From positions 1 through 51,699 of the forward strand of contig JACPIJ010000060.1 of the NCBI GenBank assembly GCA_016188145.1: a DNA stretch of 51,699 bases, read 5' to 3'. Origin of the DNA: Candidatus Woesearchaeota archaeon. GTDB taxonomy: Archaea > Nanobdellota > Nanobdellia > Woesearchaeales > UBA10216. Each line of letters starts with the position of its first letter. Positions within the stretch are counted from its first letter, which is position 1. The notes under the pieces were generated by a model that saw nothing but the letters and a program-made list of their open reading frames with translations, did no database searches and was not told where the DNA came from. The position numbers were made by a program, and so were the translations under genes. This document shows positions 28,798-38,154 of this stretch, piece after piece.

Positions 28798-28846
28798 GCT
28801 CCATAGGCAATTGCTTAATAATTGTTTAGTCTTTGCTTAGTTTTGC

Positions 28847-30574
28847 TTAGTCCTTAGCGAGGCTTTCGCTGTCCCAGAGGTCTTTTTTGTTGTCTTCTCT
28901 CCTGATTAGGAAGTTGTCCATTGCAAGGTAGTCGATGCCTGTGCCCGTGAAGCAGCGGTAGGCATGCTCCGGTGTCATCACAATTGGCTCCCCCCTGATG
29001 TTGAATGAGGTGTTGACAAGTATGGGCACCCTGCTGAGCTTTTCAAACTCCCTGAGGAGGTCATAGTATCTCTGGTTTGCCTTTCTCCTTATGGTCTGGA
29101 GCCGTCCTGAGCCGTCAACATGGGTCACTGCCGGCAGCAGCTTTCGCGCTTCCTTCCTTACAGGGTAAACAAATGACATGAATGGCACTTCTATGTCGGC
29201 CTCGAAATACTTTCTGGCATCCTCCGCGGCCACAACAGGGGCGAAGGGCCTGAACTGCTCCCTGTGCTTCACCTTCATGTTCAGTATGTCCCTCATTTCC
29301 GGATTGCACGGGTTGGCAAGGATGCTCCTGTTTCCCAAAGCCCTTTCGCCAAACTCCATCCTGCCCTGGAACCATCCAACGACGTTGTTCTCCCATAGCA
29401 GCTTTGCAACGGTTTTGACAAGTTCTTTTTCAGGCAGTTCCTTGTAGGCAATGCTGCGGTTGTCAAGGAAACTTTTTATGCCATCATGGCTGAATCCAGG
29501 TCCCAGGTCAGCCACGTTCATCACAAAGCTTCTCGGCTTTCCAAGCAGCATGTGGTAAACAACTGTTGCAGCACCGACAGCAGCTCCGGGATCAGATGGC
29601 GCTGGGGGCACGTAAACGTTCCTGAACGGCGTCATCCTTGTCAGCTTGCCATTGGCTACGGAGTTTAGCGCTACCCCTCCTGCCAGGCACAGGTTTTTTG
29701 TCTTGGTAAGCTCGTGAAGATGATTTACGGCAGCGAATACCACCTCCTCAACCACCTTTTGCAGCGATGCTGCGATGTCCTTGTGCCTTTCCTCAACGAC
29801 TGCCTCCTTCTTCCTCACAGGGCCGAATTTTTCCTCAAACCTTTTGCTCAGCATCCTTGTGCCGTAATGGAACGTGAAATAGCCCATGTCAAGCCTGTAG
29901 CTGCCATCCTCCTTTACGTCTATTATTTTCCTGAACCTTTCATAGTATGTCGGCTTGCCATAAGGCGCAAGTCCCATGACTTTGTATTCGTCGTTGTTTA
30001 CCTTGAATCCGAGATATGCGGTTACCGAGCTGTAGAGCAGGCCCAGCGAGTGCGGGAAATGGAGTTCTTTGAGCAGCGTCACTTCAGTGCCCTTTCCGTA
30101 GCCAAGCGTAGTGGTTGTCCATTCCCCAACGCCGTCTGCCGTGAATATTGCCGCTTCCTCAAAGGGCGAGACGTGGAATGAGCTGGCAGCGTGGGCCATG
30201 TGGTGCTCCACGAAGAACACCTTGCCATCGTACCTGAGCCTCTTCCTAAGCAGGCTTGGTATTCTAAGCTTTTCAGTTATCCAGCTCGGCAGGGCCTGCA
30301 CGAACGCCTTGTACGACTTTGGGAAGGTCTCTATATGCGAGCTCAACAGCCTTTCAAACTTTAGCAATGGTTTTTCATAAAAACCAATGGCATCAACCTT
30401 ATCAATAGTCAGTCCTGCTTGTTCAAGGCAGTACCTTATGGCGTTTTCAGGAAAGCTTATGTCGTGCTTCTTTCTCGTCCACCGCTCTTCCTGCGCAGCA
30501 GCCACTATCTTGCCGTCCTGTAGCAGCGCCGCTGAACTGTCATGGTAAAAGCATGATATGCCCAGTATGTTCAT
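28847..30574 (-). CDS. carbamoyltransferase, NodU/CmcH (SxtI-like) family
   Basis: Motifs HDSSAAL, QEERW, EHHMAHAAS, DGVGE, EYKVMGLAPYG, GGVALN, RALGNRSILA, RPFAP and NTSFNIRGEP. Confidence 0.95.
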   Translation of the reverse strand: MNILGISCFYHDSSAALLQDGKIVAAAQEERWTRKKHDISFPENAIRYCLEQAGLTIDKVDAIGFYEKPLLKFERLLSSHIETFPKSYKAFVQALPSWITEKLRIPSLLRKRLRYDGKVFFVEHHMAHAASSFHVSPFEEAAIFTADGVGEWTTTTLGYGKGTEVTLLKELHFPHSLGLLYSSVTAYLGFKVNNDEYKVMGLAPYGKPTYYERFRKIIDVKEDGSYRLDMGYFTFHYGTRMLSKRFEEKFGPVRKKEAVVEERHKDIAASLQKVVEEVVFAAVNHLHELTKTKNLCLAGGVALNSVANGKLTRMTPFRNVYVPPAPSDPGAAVGAATVVYHMLLGKPRSFVMNVADLGPGFSHDGIKSFLDNRSIAYKELPEKELVKTVAKLLWENNVVGWFQGRMEFGERALGNRSILANPCNPEMRDILNMKVKHREQFRPFAPVVAAEDARKYFEADIEVPFMSFVYPVRKEARKLLPAVTHVDGSGRLQTIRRKANQRYYDLLREFEKLSRVPILVNTSFNIRGEPIVMTPEHAYRCFTGTGIDYLAMDNFLIRREDNKKDLWDSESLAKD

Positions 30575-30592
30575 TTGTTACCCCGGAATCTT

Positions 30593-30874
30593 TTAGAACG
30601 CCCTGTAAGACTCCTTGCTGCTGTAATCCTCTTTCTTCCTCTCAATCCAGTAGCTTTGCTTCTTTTCATCTGGCTTAAGATCTAAGAACCTTTTCCTGGC
30701 CACCTTGGCAATGGCAGCAGTTGCGGCAAAAGCGGTGAAGTAAACGGCAGTTAAAAGAACATAATTCACCAGAATGGCAACCTTTTTCCCAACGAACTCA
30801 AATGGTTTGAGTGCCAGCTTCAGCCTTTTCAGCTTGCCCAGCGGCTTTAGAAAGTCAAAAATCCCCATTTTCAA
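30593..30874 (-). CDS. SxtJ-like small membrane protein
   Basis: One TM then K..LDLK....SYWIER; first gene of the carbamoyltransferase operon. Confidence 0.7.
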   Translation of the reverse strand: MKMGIFDFLKPLGKLKRLKLALKPFEFVGKKVAILVNYVLLTAVYFTAFAATAAIAKVARKRFLDLKPDEKKQSYWIERKKEDYSSKESYRAF

Positions 30875-31019
30875 GTCAGGAGCGGGTTTAGGCTGTTTTT
30901 TAAATGTTTTTATCCGTCACTGTGCTCAATGCAGGCACATAGAAAACTTTAAATATGCCTGCCACAGTTTATTCCTCGTTTCTTTGCTTTAGTTCATGGG
31001 ATTGTGAAAGAGGTGTTGG

Positions 31020-34000
31020 ATGAGTAAAGCAGGCGGTTTATTCAGGCTATCTGTTTCCTTTGCTGCCGTTGCGGTGTTTGCAGCCGTTTTAGTGCTCCTT
31101 TTCAGCTCGTTTGGCAGCGGGCAGCAGGGCCCTCCTCCTTGCACTCCAGGTCCCTTTGTCCTTCGTGGAACAGTCCTTAACAGCAGCTTCCACAACGCCT
31201 CATCTAACAACGTAACCCTTTGGAATGGCTCTAACGTTAACATCTCGATTTTTAACATGTCCTTCTCCCAGTTCGGGGAGCCGCAGAAGGTATTCATAAA
31301 CCAGACAAACACTAGTTCGATGAACGGCTCGTTTATTTTAAACACAGCCTCTGGCAACTGCGACACCTTATACACGCTAAGCGTTGTTGCTTATAACATT
31401 TCGACCTGGAACGCCTTGGAAATAGGCCCGACGCTGCCTCCTGTTCCCAAAGGCGCTTTGATAGCCTTTATGGACAACAGCACCATTTATCTCCAGCCCG
31501 CTGTCACTTTGAACCTTACGGCATGGAACGGCACTGCCATGGTTAATTTCAGCAACCTTATCTTTGATGACGCGCTGGGCTTCCCGATTTCTGAGGACTT
31601 CAGGACCCTCCGCTTCAACACTTCCATTGTTGTGCCAAGGGCTAAGAACTATACGATTATGATGATGCGGCCGCCGCAATTTGACCCTGGGGACCCTAAT
31701 CCCTTTAACCTTGCCTTGCCGCCCCAGACAATATCTGTCCAGAACGCGTCGAACTATTCAAGCAGCCAGTTTGTCATAAGCATTAACAAGAGCCTTGCCT
31801 TCGCGCTAAACACGATTTCTGGCAACATAACCATTGACGGAAGCAATTCGACAGCTGTTAACGTTACCCAGATTGTTGTGAAGCTCGGCATTGCCGGACT
31901 GGTGCCTCCAAACTCTGACCTGCAGATTTCCGGCGGTACTGCAATAAACCAAACCCCAGGCGGCGGCAATCACGTTGCCAACTACAGCGCAACTGTCATG
32001 AGCTCTACCAGCGGGATTTACCAGATTCTTGAGTTTTACGGCGCAAATACCTCAGGCATGAGTTCAGGCGGCGGCGAGTATTTTGCTTATTTCAGCAACT
32101 TCACAGTAACCGGAAATATTGTCCACAACCTGACATTGAAGAAGCTTGCAGGCAATTACTCAAGCGTTAGCAGCGGTTCAACGACCCTTAACACCAGCTT
32201 TGTGAGGATAAACATCAGCGATGCCAACGGCCTGCCCTTGGATGATGCGCACACAGAGCTTAAGGTTGACATGGTTGGCCACAAGACAAACTTCCCGACG
32301 TTCAGGTACATGGTCGACCAGCTGAGCGGCGGAATAATAAGTCTCCCAATCCTTAACGGCAGCAACGCTACCTTGTTAGTCTTTAACAGGCAATTTGCCC
32401 CTCTTAAGTTCAAGCTTAACGTAACGAACGCATCCAGGGAGCCAAATGGCATAATCAAGGTCACGCTGAACGCCTTCAAGCCCAGGAAGTTCCAGGCAAA
32501 CGGCAGCTTTGAGGACTTCTCAGGCAGCAAGGCAGGCGAGTTCAGGCTTACCTTCATGAGGAACAGCGCTGCCTGCAACGTTTTTAATGCCAGTGTTGAA
32601 AGCTGCAGGCTGTTCAAGGATGACTTTGACGCTGGCGGGTTTAACCCTCTGAAGGTCATGGCTACTGGCAAGGTCAACATGCTTATGGAGATTAACACGA
32701 CTGGCGTGAAGGTTTACTTTATAGGGGTTGACATGCTCGCTTCAGGCCCCCCCGAGGCTTCGATGAGCGACAGCGCGCTTAGGGCGGACACGAACGGCAG
32801 CAGCTATCAGGAGCTCTTCAAGTTCGGCAGCGCAGCACCCAATATTTACGACAATGTATTTGTTGGCATGCCGTACAATTATTCAAGGCTTGATGACTCC
32901 AAGCAGATTAATTTCACGATTAAGGAGCTTTTCGATGACACCGGCTCTCTTGCATGGAACAGCAGCGTAACCCCGAATTCAAGCATCCCTTCCGAATGGT
33001 CTGATTACGACACAAGGTGGTTAAACACAACTAATGGCGGAATGCCCTGCACCAGCACTGAAGATGCGAACTCAACAAATGCTACCTGCTTCGTGAACAC
33101 AACCACCAACTACGTCTGGATTAGCCTGCCGCACTTCTCTGACGGCCAGGGAGGCCCGCAGGGCAGCGATTCCACGCCGCCAGCTGCGCCTGCGCTAATA
33201 AACATATCAGCCACGCTTGGCGGCAACGCCATGATAAACTGGACTGACGTTTCTGGCGAAACAGGGGAGAGCTACATAATTTTCAGGTCCGCGACAAACA
33301 TCAGCACGCTTTGGAATAACCTTACCAATTACTCCGGCATAAACTACGTTATTAACATCACAAATCTCACTTCCACAAGCAGGATTGGCGAGGGCGTGCA
33401 GACCTACATTGACAACATAACCCTTAACGGCAGCGTTTTCTATTACGCTGTTGCCGCTGTTGACGCAACCGGAAACCTGCAAAACAGCAGCCCCACAGGC
33501 GGTGTTAACGTGTCCAGCAGCTACAACATTACTATTAATGATACTATATTACCTCGTTCACCAACAAACCTTACCCTGACCGCTTCAGGCGCTACAGTCA
33601 CCCTTACATGGCTTAACGTAACCCAGGATGTTAACGGCATGGCAGACTTCTACGGCCGCGTTTACAGGATTTATCGCTCTGCCGTGAACGAAACCAAGGT
33701 TAACCTTAGTGCCGGCGTTAATGTGACGGCAGCAAACATGACCTATCTGAAAAACGTTACCGCTAATTCAACAACAGACACAGGACTTGTAGGAGGCAAC
33801 TACCATTATGCAATCACAACTGTTGATGATGCCGGAAACGAAAACGTTACCGTGTACGTTCCAAGCGCTGATCGCAATTATAACAATGTAAGCGTCACCC
33901 CGTCTGCCGGCAGCGGAGATGGCAGTAGTAGCGGCGGTGGAAGCAGTGGTGGGGGAGGTGGAGGAACGCCTGCTCCAAGCGAGGGTACAAAGGTGTCCAA

Positions 34001-34826
34001 AAAATGGGACGCCCTGCCTGCAGGCACTTCAACAATGAACATTGCGAATGATAAGGTAAGCTTCAAGGCGCTTGATATCACCACTGCGAACAGCGCTTCT
34101 AACGTTGAAATATCCGTAACAGCGCTTGCCTCAAAGCCAACCGTAAAAAGGGAGGTGCAGGGCAAGGTCTACCAGTACATAAAGATTGACAAGACTAACC
34201 TTAGGGACGCTGATGTTTCCGAGGTCAAAATTGAGTTCAAGGTAGAGAAGAAATGGTTTGACCAGAACTCCGGCTCCATCAAGAATATAATTCTGCAGCG
34301 CTACTCCAGCGACCTGTGGACATCCCTTGATACGGTTTACAAGCGCTCTGACACTACTGACAATTATTTCGAGTCAACCTCACCAGGCTTGTCGCTGTTT
34401 GCGGTTGTCCTCAAGCCTGCCGCTGAGGGAACGCCGAAGCCAAAAGCAAACGAAACGCCAGTGAATATCAGCGCGGCAGCAGGCAACGAGTCCGGAATTG
34501 AAGCAGCCAAGGGGGAAAAAGGCGGCAAAGCCAGCGGCAAAGCCCTGCTGTTTGCCGTTATAGCGCTTGCTGTTCTGGCGGTTGGCGGAGGCGCGTTCTT
34601 TGTAATCAAGAAGAAAGGCGGCGGGATGGGCGGCTTTAGCTTCCCGAACCCGTTCAGCAGGTTTGGCAAAGGAGGCAGAGGGAAAGGAGCAGGCGGCAGG
34701 GGCAAATCGCGCGATGCGGAAGAGGCAGCCGAAATTGTCAGGGAGTACGAGAGCCAGCGCTCCGGCCGGCAGGAGCGCCCGCCTCAGCAGGACCAGAGGG
34801 GCAGGCCCCCTGAGGCGTTTAATTAG
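31020..34826 (+). CDS. large surface glycoprotein with FN3-like and PGF-pre-PGF domains
   Basis: Signal peptide, YYAVAAVDATGN and YAITTVDDAGN FN3-type motifs, Gly linker, VYQYIKI...SPGLSLFAV, C-terminal TM. Confidence 0.87.
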   Translation: MSKAGGLFRLSVSFAAVAVFAAVLVLLFSSFGSGQQGPPPCTPGPFVLRGTVLNSSFHNASSNNVTLWNGSNVNISIFNMSFSQFGEPQKVFINQTNTSSMNGSFILNTASGNCDTLYTLSVVAYNISTWNALEIGPTLPPVPKGALIAFMDNSTIYLQPAVTLNLTAWNGTAMVNFSNLIFDDALGFPISEDFRTLRFNTSIVVPRAKNYTIMMMRPPQFDPGDPNPFNLALPPQTISVQNASNYSSSQFVISINKSLAFALNTISGNITIDGSNSTAVNVTQIVVKLGIAGLVPPNSDLQISGGTAINQTPGGGNHVANYSATVMSSTSGIYQILEFYGANTSGMSSGGGEYFAYFSNFTVTGNIVHNLTLKKLAGNYSSVSSGSTTLNTSFVRINISDANGLPLDDAHTELKVDMVGHKTNFPTFRYMVDQLSGGIISLPILNGSNATLLVFNRQFAPLKFKLNVTNASREPNGIIKVTLNAFKPRKFQANGSFEDFSGSKAGEFRLTFMRNSAACNVFNASVESCRLFKDDFDAGGFNPLKVMATGKVNMLMEINTTGVKVYFIGVDMLASGPPEASMSDSALRADTNGSSYQELFKFGSAAPNIYDNVFVGMPYNYSRLDDSKQINFTIKELFDDTGSLAWNSSVTPNSSIPSEWSDYDTRWLNTTNGGMPCTSTEDANSTNATCFVNTTTNYVWISLPHFSDGQGGPQGSDSTPPAAPALINISATLGGNAMINWTDVSGETGESYIIFRSATNISTLWNNLTNYSGINYVINITNLTSTSRIGEGVQTYIDNITLNGSVFYYAVAAVDATGNLQNSSPTGGVNVSSSYNITINDTILPRSPTNLTLTASGATVTLTWLNVTQDVNGMADFYGRVYRIYRSAVNETKVNLSAGVNVTAANMTYLKNVTANSTTDTGLVGGNYHYAITTVDDAGNENVTVYVPSADRNYNNVSVTPSAGSGDGSSSGGGSSGGGGGGTPAPSEGTKVSKKWDALPAGTSTMNIANDKVSFKALDITTANSASNVEISVTALASKPTVKREVQGKVYQYIKIDKTNLRDADVSEVKIEFKVEKKWFDQNSGSIKNIILQRYSSDLWTSLDTVYKRSDTTDNYFESTSPGLSLFAVVLKPAAEGTPKPKANETPVNISAAAGNESGIEAAKGEKGGKASGKALLFAVIALAVLAVGGGAFFVIKKKGGGMGGFSFPNPFSRFGKGGRGKGAGGRGKSRDAEEAAEIVREYESQRSGRQERPPQQDQRGRPPEAFN

Positions 34827-34837
34827 ACTTTTTCCAT

Positions 34838-35263
34838 TTAAGCCACTTCTACAAGATACCTGTCAGGCGATAGCATCGTAAGGCGTGCCTTTTCCTTTTT
34901 TTGCTTTGCCCAGTTTGCCGTCAGGTCCTTCGGAAATCTCACAAAGTAAGTCTTGCCGTCGTAATTCAGGCTTCTTTCCATTTTCGGGGCCTTTCCTTCA
35001 AAAAACATTTGCATCTGCCAGAACCTTTCAAGGTGTTTTGCCTGGTTCGTATCAAGGTAGTCCTTATGGCATCGTTCGCATTGCCAGACGTCATATGAGA
35101 ATTCTATGCCCCTGTAACTTGTTTTTTTCCAAGTCCTTTCAGTTAATTTGCCACAGCATTTGATAGGCTTTTTGAAAGCATCCTTGTCTATAGTAACATT
35201 TACCTCACCGATGATGTCTTCTTCCCTTATCTCCTCATCTTCCTTACTTATGCTTCTTTTCAT
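34838..35263 (-). CDS. putative antitoxin with Zn-ribbon (YgiT-like) and AbrB-like domains
   Basis: CCG...WQCERC zinc ligands and a C-terminal DGKTYFVRFPKDL AbrB-type motif; ATGA overlap with the upstream gene. Confidence 0.6.
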   Translation of the reverse strand: MKRSISKEDEEIREEDIIGEVNVTIDKDAFKKPIKCCGKLTERTWKKTSYRGIEFSYDVWQCERCHKDYLDTNQAKHLERFWQMQMFFEGKAPKMERSLNYDGKTYFVRFPKDLTANWAKQKKEKARLTMLSPDRYLVEVA

Positions 35264-35520
35264 TTTCTCTTGTAAAGGCTGATTTGCCAGTTTGATGACG
35301 GATAGGCTGTTATAATCATTGCGATTCCACTTCTATTTTCATATACTACGCTGATGAACCTTTTCAGGAAGCCAATTGCAAGGTATCTGCCTCTTCTGGC
35401 TTTGAGGTGTTTCGGCTCGTCTGCAAGCAAGGTTTCCTCTATTTCTTCCCTCAGCACGCTGTGCTTTGTCAATATCTTTTCTTCTATCTCTTGCCCTAAG
35501 TACACGTCCACGATACGCAT
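35260..35520 (-). CDS. BrnT/DUF497-like toxin
   Basis: KILTKHSV...EIEE...RYLAIG...ISVVYE...IITAY. Start placed at ATG 35520, about 25 bp from a TTTAAA box. Confidence 0.7.
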   Translation of the reverse strand: MRIVDVYLGQEIEEKILTKHSVLREEIEETLLADEPKHLKARRGRYLAIGFLKRFISVVYENRSGIAMIITAYPSSNWQISLYKRK

Positions 35521-35750
35521 TGTAGTACTCCATAGCGTACTCTTTAAAGTACGCCACCTTTTTAATGTTTTCGCTTTTGCACTCCACAGTTGCAGAACCA
35601 GCTTATAAGCCCTAGCCGCACCTGTCCAGTGTCCAGTGAACATCATATTTCGGAAATCTTTCATTACTGCCGAAAATCTTCCACCATTTTACTCATGGAG
35701 GAGGTCAAAAAAGCCGAAGAAGTCACTGGACACAATTCCGCCATGCGGAA

Positions 35751-35797
35751 CATAGGCAGTTACGCTGCCTATGCGCATCGGCTTTGCCGATGCTGTG
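35751..35797. repeat. twin-hairpin element
   Basis: CATAGGCAG(TTACG)CTGCCTATG-C-GCATCGGC(TTT)GCCGATGC-TGTG. Confidence 0.7.
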
Positions 35798-35901
35798 TGC
35801 AATCAGCGTAAACGATTTGCACCTTCGCCAGCGACCCAGAAGCTAATCCCATAACTCCCCCTGTCAAGCCCGGATTCCAGAAGCTTTTGCCTGCCTAAAT
35901 C

Positions 35902-35953
35902 TGTATGTGCACAAATAACCGAAATATTTATATATTGTGTGCACATACAATAT
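35902..35953 (+). promoter_or_regulatory. fic promoter bracketed by 12-bp inverted repeats
   Basis: TGTATGTGCACA (35902-35913) and TGTGCACATACA (35938-35949) flank TATTTATATA. Confidence 0.65.
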
Positions 35954-35956
35954 GGT

Positions 35957-36895
35957 GTGGTCTACATAGAAACAATAAAGCGGAATAATAAGGAATATTA
36001 TTACTTTACCAAAAATGTAAGGCTCAACTTAAACAAATGGAAAAAAATCAGGATTTTTTTGGGAGATAAAAAACCTTTAAAGGAAGAACTAAAAAAACAT
36101 GCTAAAGAAATAGAAGATAAAGCAAAGCCATTCTTGAAATTATCAAACCGCGCTTACCTGTCAGAGCATGACGCAGAAACTTTGCAGGATTTAAAAGAAA
36201 GTTACAGCACATGGCTTAAGCAGATTCCCAAAAGTGTTAAAGAAAAGCTGAATGAAGATTTTGTAATTAGGTTTACCTATCATTCCAATGCAATTGAAGG
36301 CAATCGGCTGACATTAAGGCAAACTGCCCTTATCCTAAAAGATAAAGTCATCCCTTCTGGAGTGCGGGCAGAGGATTATAATGAAGCAATAAACGGGAAA
36401 GAGTGTTTGGATTATATAAAATCATATAAAGGCGAATTAAACGCTAAATTGCTTGAAAAAGTAAACGGAATTCTTACTAAAAATACCGGCGTGGTTTACG
36501 GTGGAAGAATGCGATTCTTTGATGTGCGGATAGAGGGCTCAGCACATGTTCCTCCTCCTCACAACGAAGTCAAGAAACACATGCTTAATTTCTTTAAGTG
36601 GTATAGTGCAAATAAAAATAAGCTGCGCCCCTTTGAATTAGCTGCTTTGGCTCATGCAAAATTAACATGGATACACCCTTTTGAAGATGGGAATGGCAGA
36701 ACTGCGAGAACACTTATGAATTTTATTCTGATGAGAAAAGGATTCCCTATGTTCTTTATCCCTTTTGAGAAGAGAGAAGAATATTATCAATCATTGGATC
36801 TTGCTGATAAGGGCAATTATAAGGAATACGTCTCCAGGATGCTGCGGTTGATTATAGATCAAATAAGAAGTTACGGGCACAGCAAAAAACAATAA
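35957..36895 (+). CDS. Fic family protein (class II, internal inhibitory helix)
   Basis: HPFEDGNGRTAR Fic motif and upstream SNAIEGN inhibitory motif. Start probably GTG 35957. Confidence 0.93.
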   Translation: MVYIETIKRNNKEYYYFTKNVRLNLNKWKKIRIFLGDKKPLKEELKKHAKEIEDKAKPFLKLSNRAYLSEHDAETLQDLKESYSTWLKQIPKSVKEKLNEDFVIRFTYHSNAIEGNRLTLRQTALILKDKVIPSGVRAEDYNEAINGKECLDYIKSYKGELNAKLLEKVNGILTKNTGVVYGGRMRFFDVRIEGSAHVPPPHNEVKKHMLNFFKWYSANKNKLRPFELAALAHAKLTWIHPFEDGNGRTARTLMNFILMRKGFPMFFIPFEKREEYYQSLDLADKGNYKEYVSRMLRLIIDQIRSYGHSKKQ

Positions 36896-37069
36896 TCCTT
36901 AAATTGTGCACATACAATATTTTTTCTGCCATAACCTGAAGAATTTCAACGTTTTACTCACGGCAGCCGCAAAAAACGCCTGAAGAAGCCACTGGACATC
37001 CTACCACAAGCCATAAGCCTATGCTACATAATTATGGTTAAATGCAATCGTCGGGAGAATTTATTATTG

Positions 37070-37215
37070 AAAAGTCGCAGGGTATAAAACCCCGACCTGT
37101 CAGAAGCGAAGCTTCTGAGCACTCAGAAACGCTTAAGCGTTTCTGTTGTTTAGGTCGGGGATACACAGAAATGCTTGCGCATTTCTGGTACACAAAACCA
37201 AGGGTTTTGTTGTAG
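37070..37215. mobile_element. IS200/IS605-end-like hairpin (non-autonomous remnant) carrying two twin-hairpin modules
   Basis: CCCCGACC (37090-37097) and TTTAGGTCGGGG (37149-37160) are separated by a twin hairpin; a second twin hairpin lies at 37166-37209. Confidence 0.5.
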
Positions 37216-37336
37216 CTCCGAGCAGGCGAGTTTTGTTATTTGGGGTTGGCTCGAGTATTAATGGTTAGGATTACTTTCTTAAGTTCTAATACTTTTAGTG
37301 ACTTCAAAGTCTTCTAAAGAATCGGTAATGAAAATA

Positions 37337-37957
37337 TCAATCCAAATTTTTAAAATTATTTTTTACCAAATAATCTTTAACTACAACCTCTTCAACGATG
37401 TCTTGTTCTATACTATAAAATTTAATAGTACATTTTTCAAACTCAAAATACTCGGAATCAGAAGCGTCGATTGTAGATTCTTCCTTGAAGTATTTCACCA
37501 GAGGATAAGTTCTAATTTGAAACCAAAATTCAACTATCCCTCCCTTTTCCAAAAACTCTATCCCATCTTTATTTGTAACAACTCTTGTTTTTCTATCTAA
37601 TGTATAATCACTAAATCTAGTATCTTCACATGCATTCTGTTTACTGCACGTAGAATATCTTTGATTTCCATATTTTTCAGATTCAACTAAAAAATCGCAA
37701 TCATATTGTGTCTTAAGATTTTTTATATTATCTCCCTTGGCCATTAGTGTGACTGTTATAGTGGGGATATCATTATCATTCAAAACATAATTATTTCCTG
37801 AGATATACTTAACAACTTCATCTCCTGAAAGCACTCTTACTTCTATGTTAGTTATGACTATTTCAGGCTTGCTAAATATCAAAAAGGCTGTAGCAATAAG
37901 CCCCACACTTAACAGCACTGATATTACAATCAATGACCCAATCAAAAATTTTCTCAT
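37337..37957 (-). CDS. hypothetical membrane-anchored protein, AT-rich
   Basis: 206-aa ORF with an N-terminal TM; visibly more AT-rich than neighbouring core genes. Confidence 0.65.
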   Translation of the reverse strand: MRKFLIGSLIVISVLLSVGLIATAFLIFSKPEIVITNIEVRVLSGDEVVKYISGNNYVLNDNDIPTITVTLMAKGDNIKNLKTQYDCDFLVESEKYGNQRYSTCSKQNACEDTRFSDYTLDRKTRVVTNKDGIEFLEKGGIVEFWFQIRTYPLVKYFKEESTIDASDSEYFEFEKCTIKFYSIEQDIVEEVVVKDYLVKNNFKNLD

Positions 37958-38154
37958 CTTAATAAATATAAAAACTCCCTATTTAAACATTTCTATATGT
38001 ACAATCTATTCCCCTTGTTTTCTGTACAATTCAATTTTTTAAGTGAACACTAGAGCCTCAGTATACAAGTTCGCATTCCTCGCCGATCTTATTTTTACTC
38101 TAGTGCCGATAACTCTTCGTCAATTTTTGCTTCACTCCTCACTCAGGCTTCGCC

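Noticed and set aside
27286..30874. Saxitoxin biosynthesis
   Set aside because: Only the widespread sxtI/J/K-like cassette is present; no sxtA, sxtG or other core genes.
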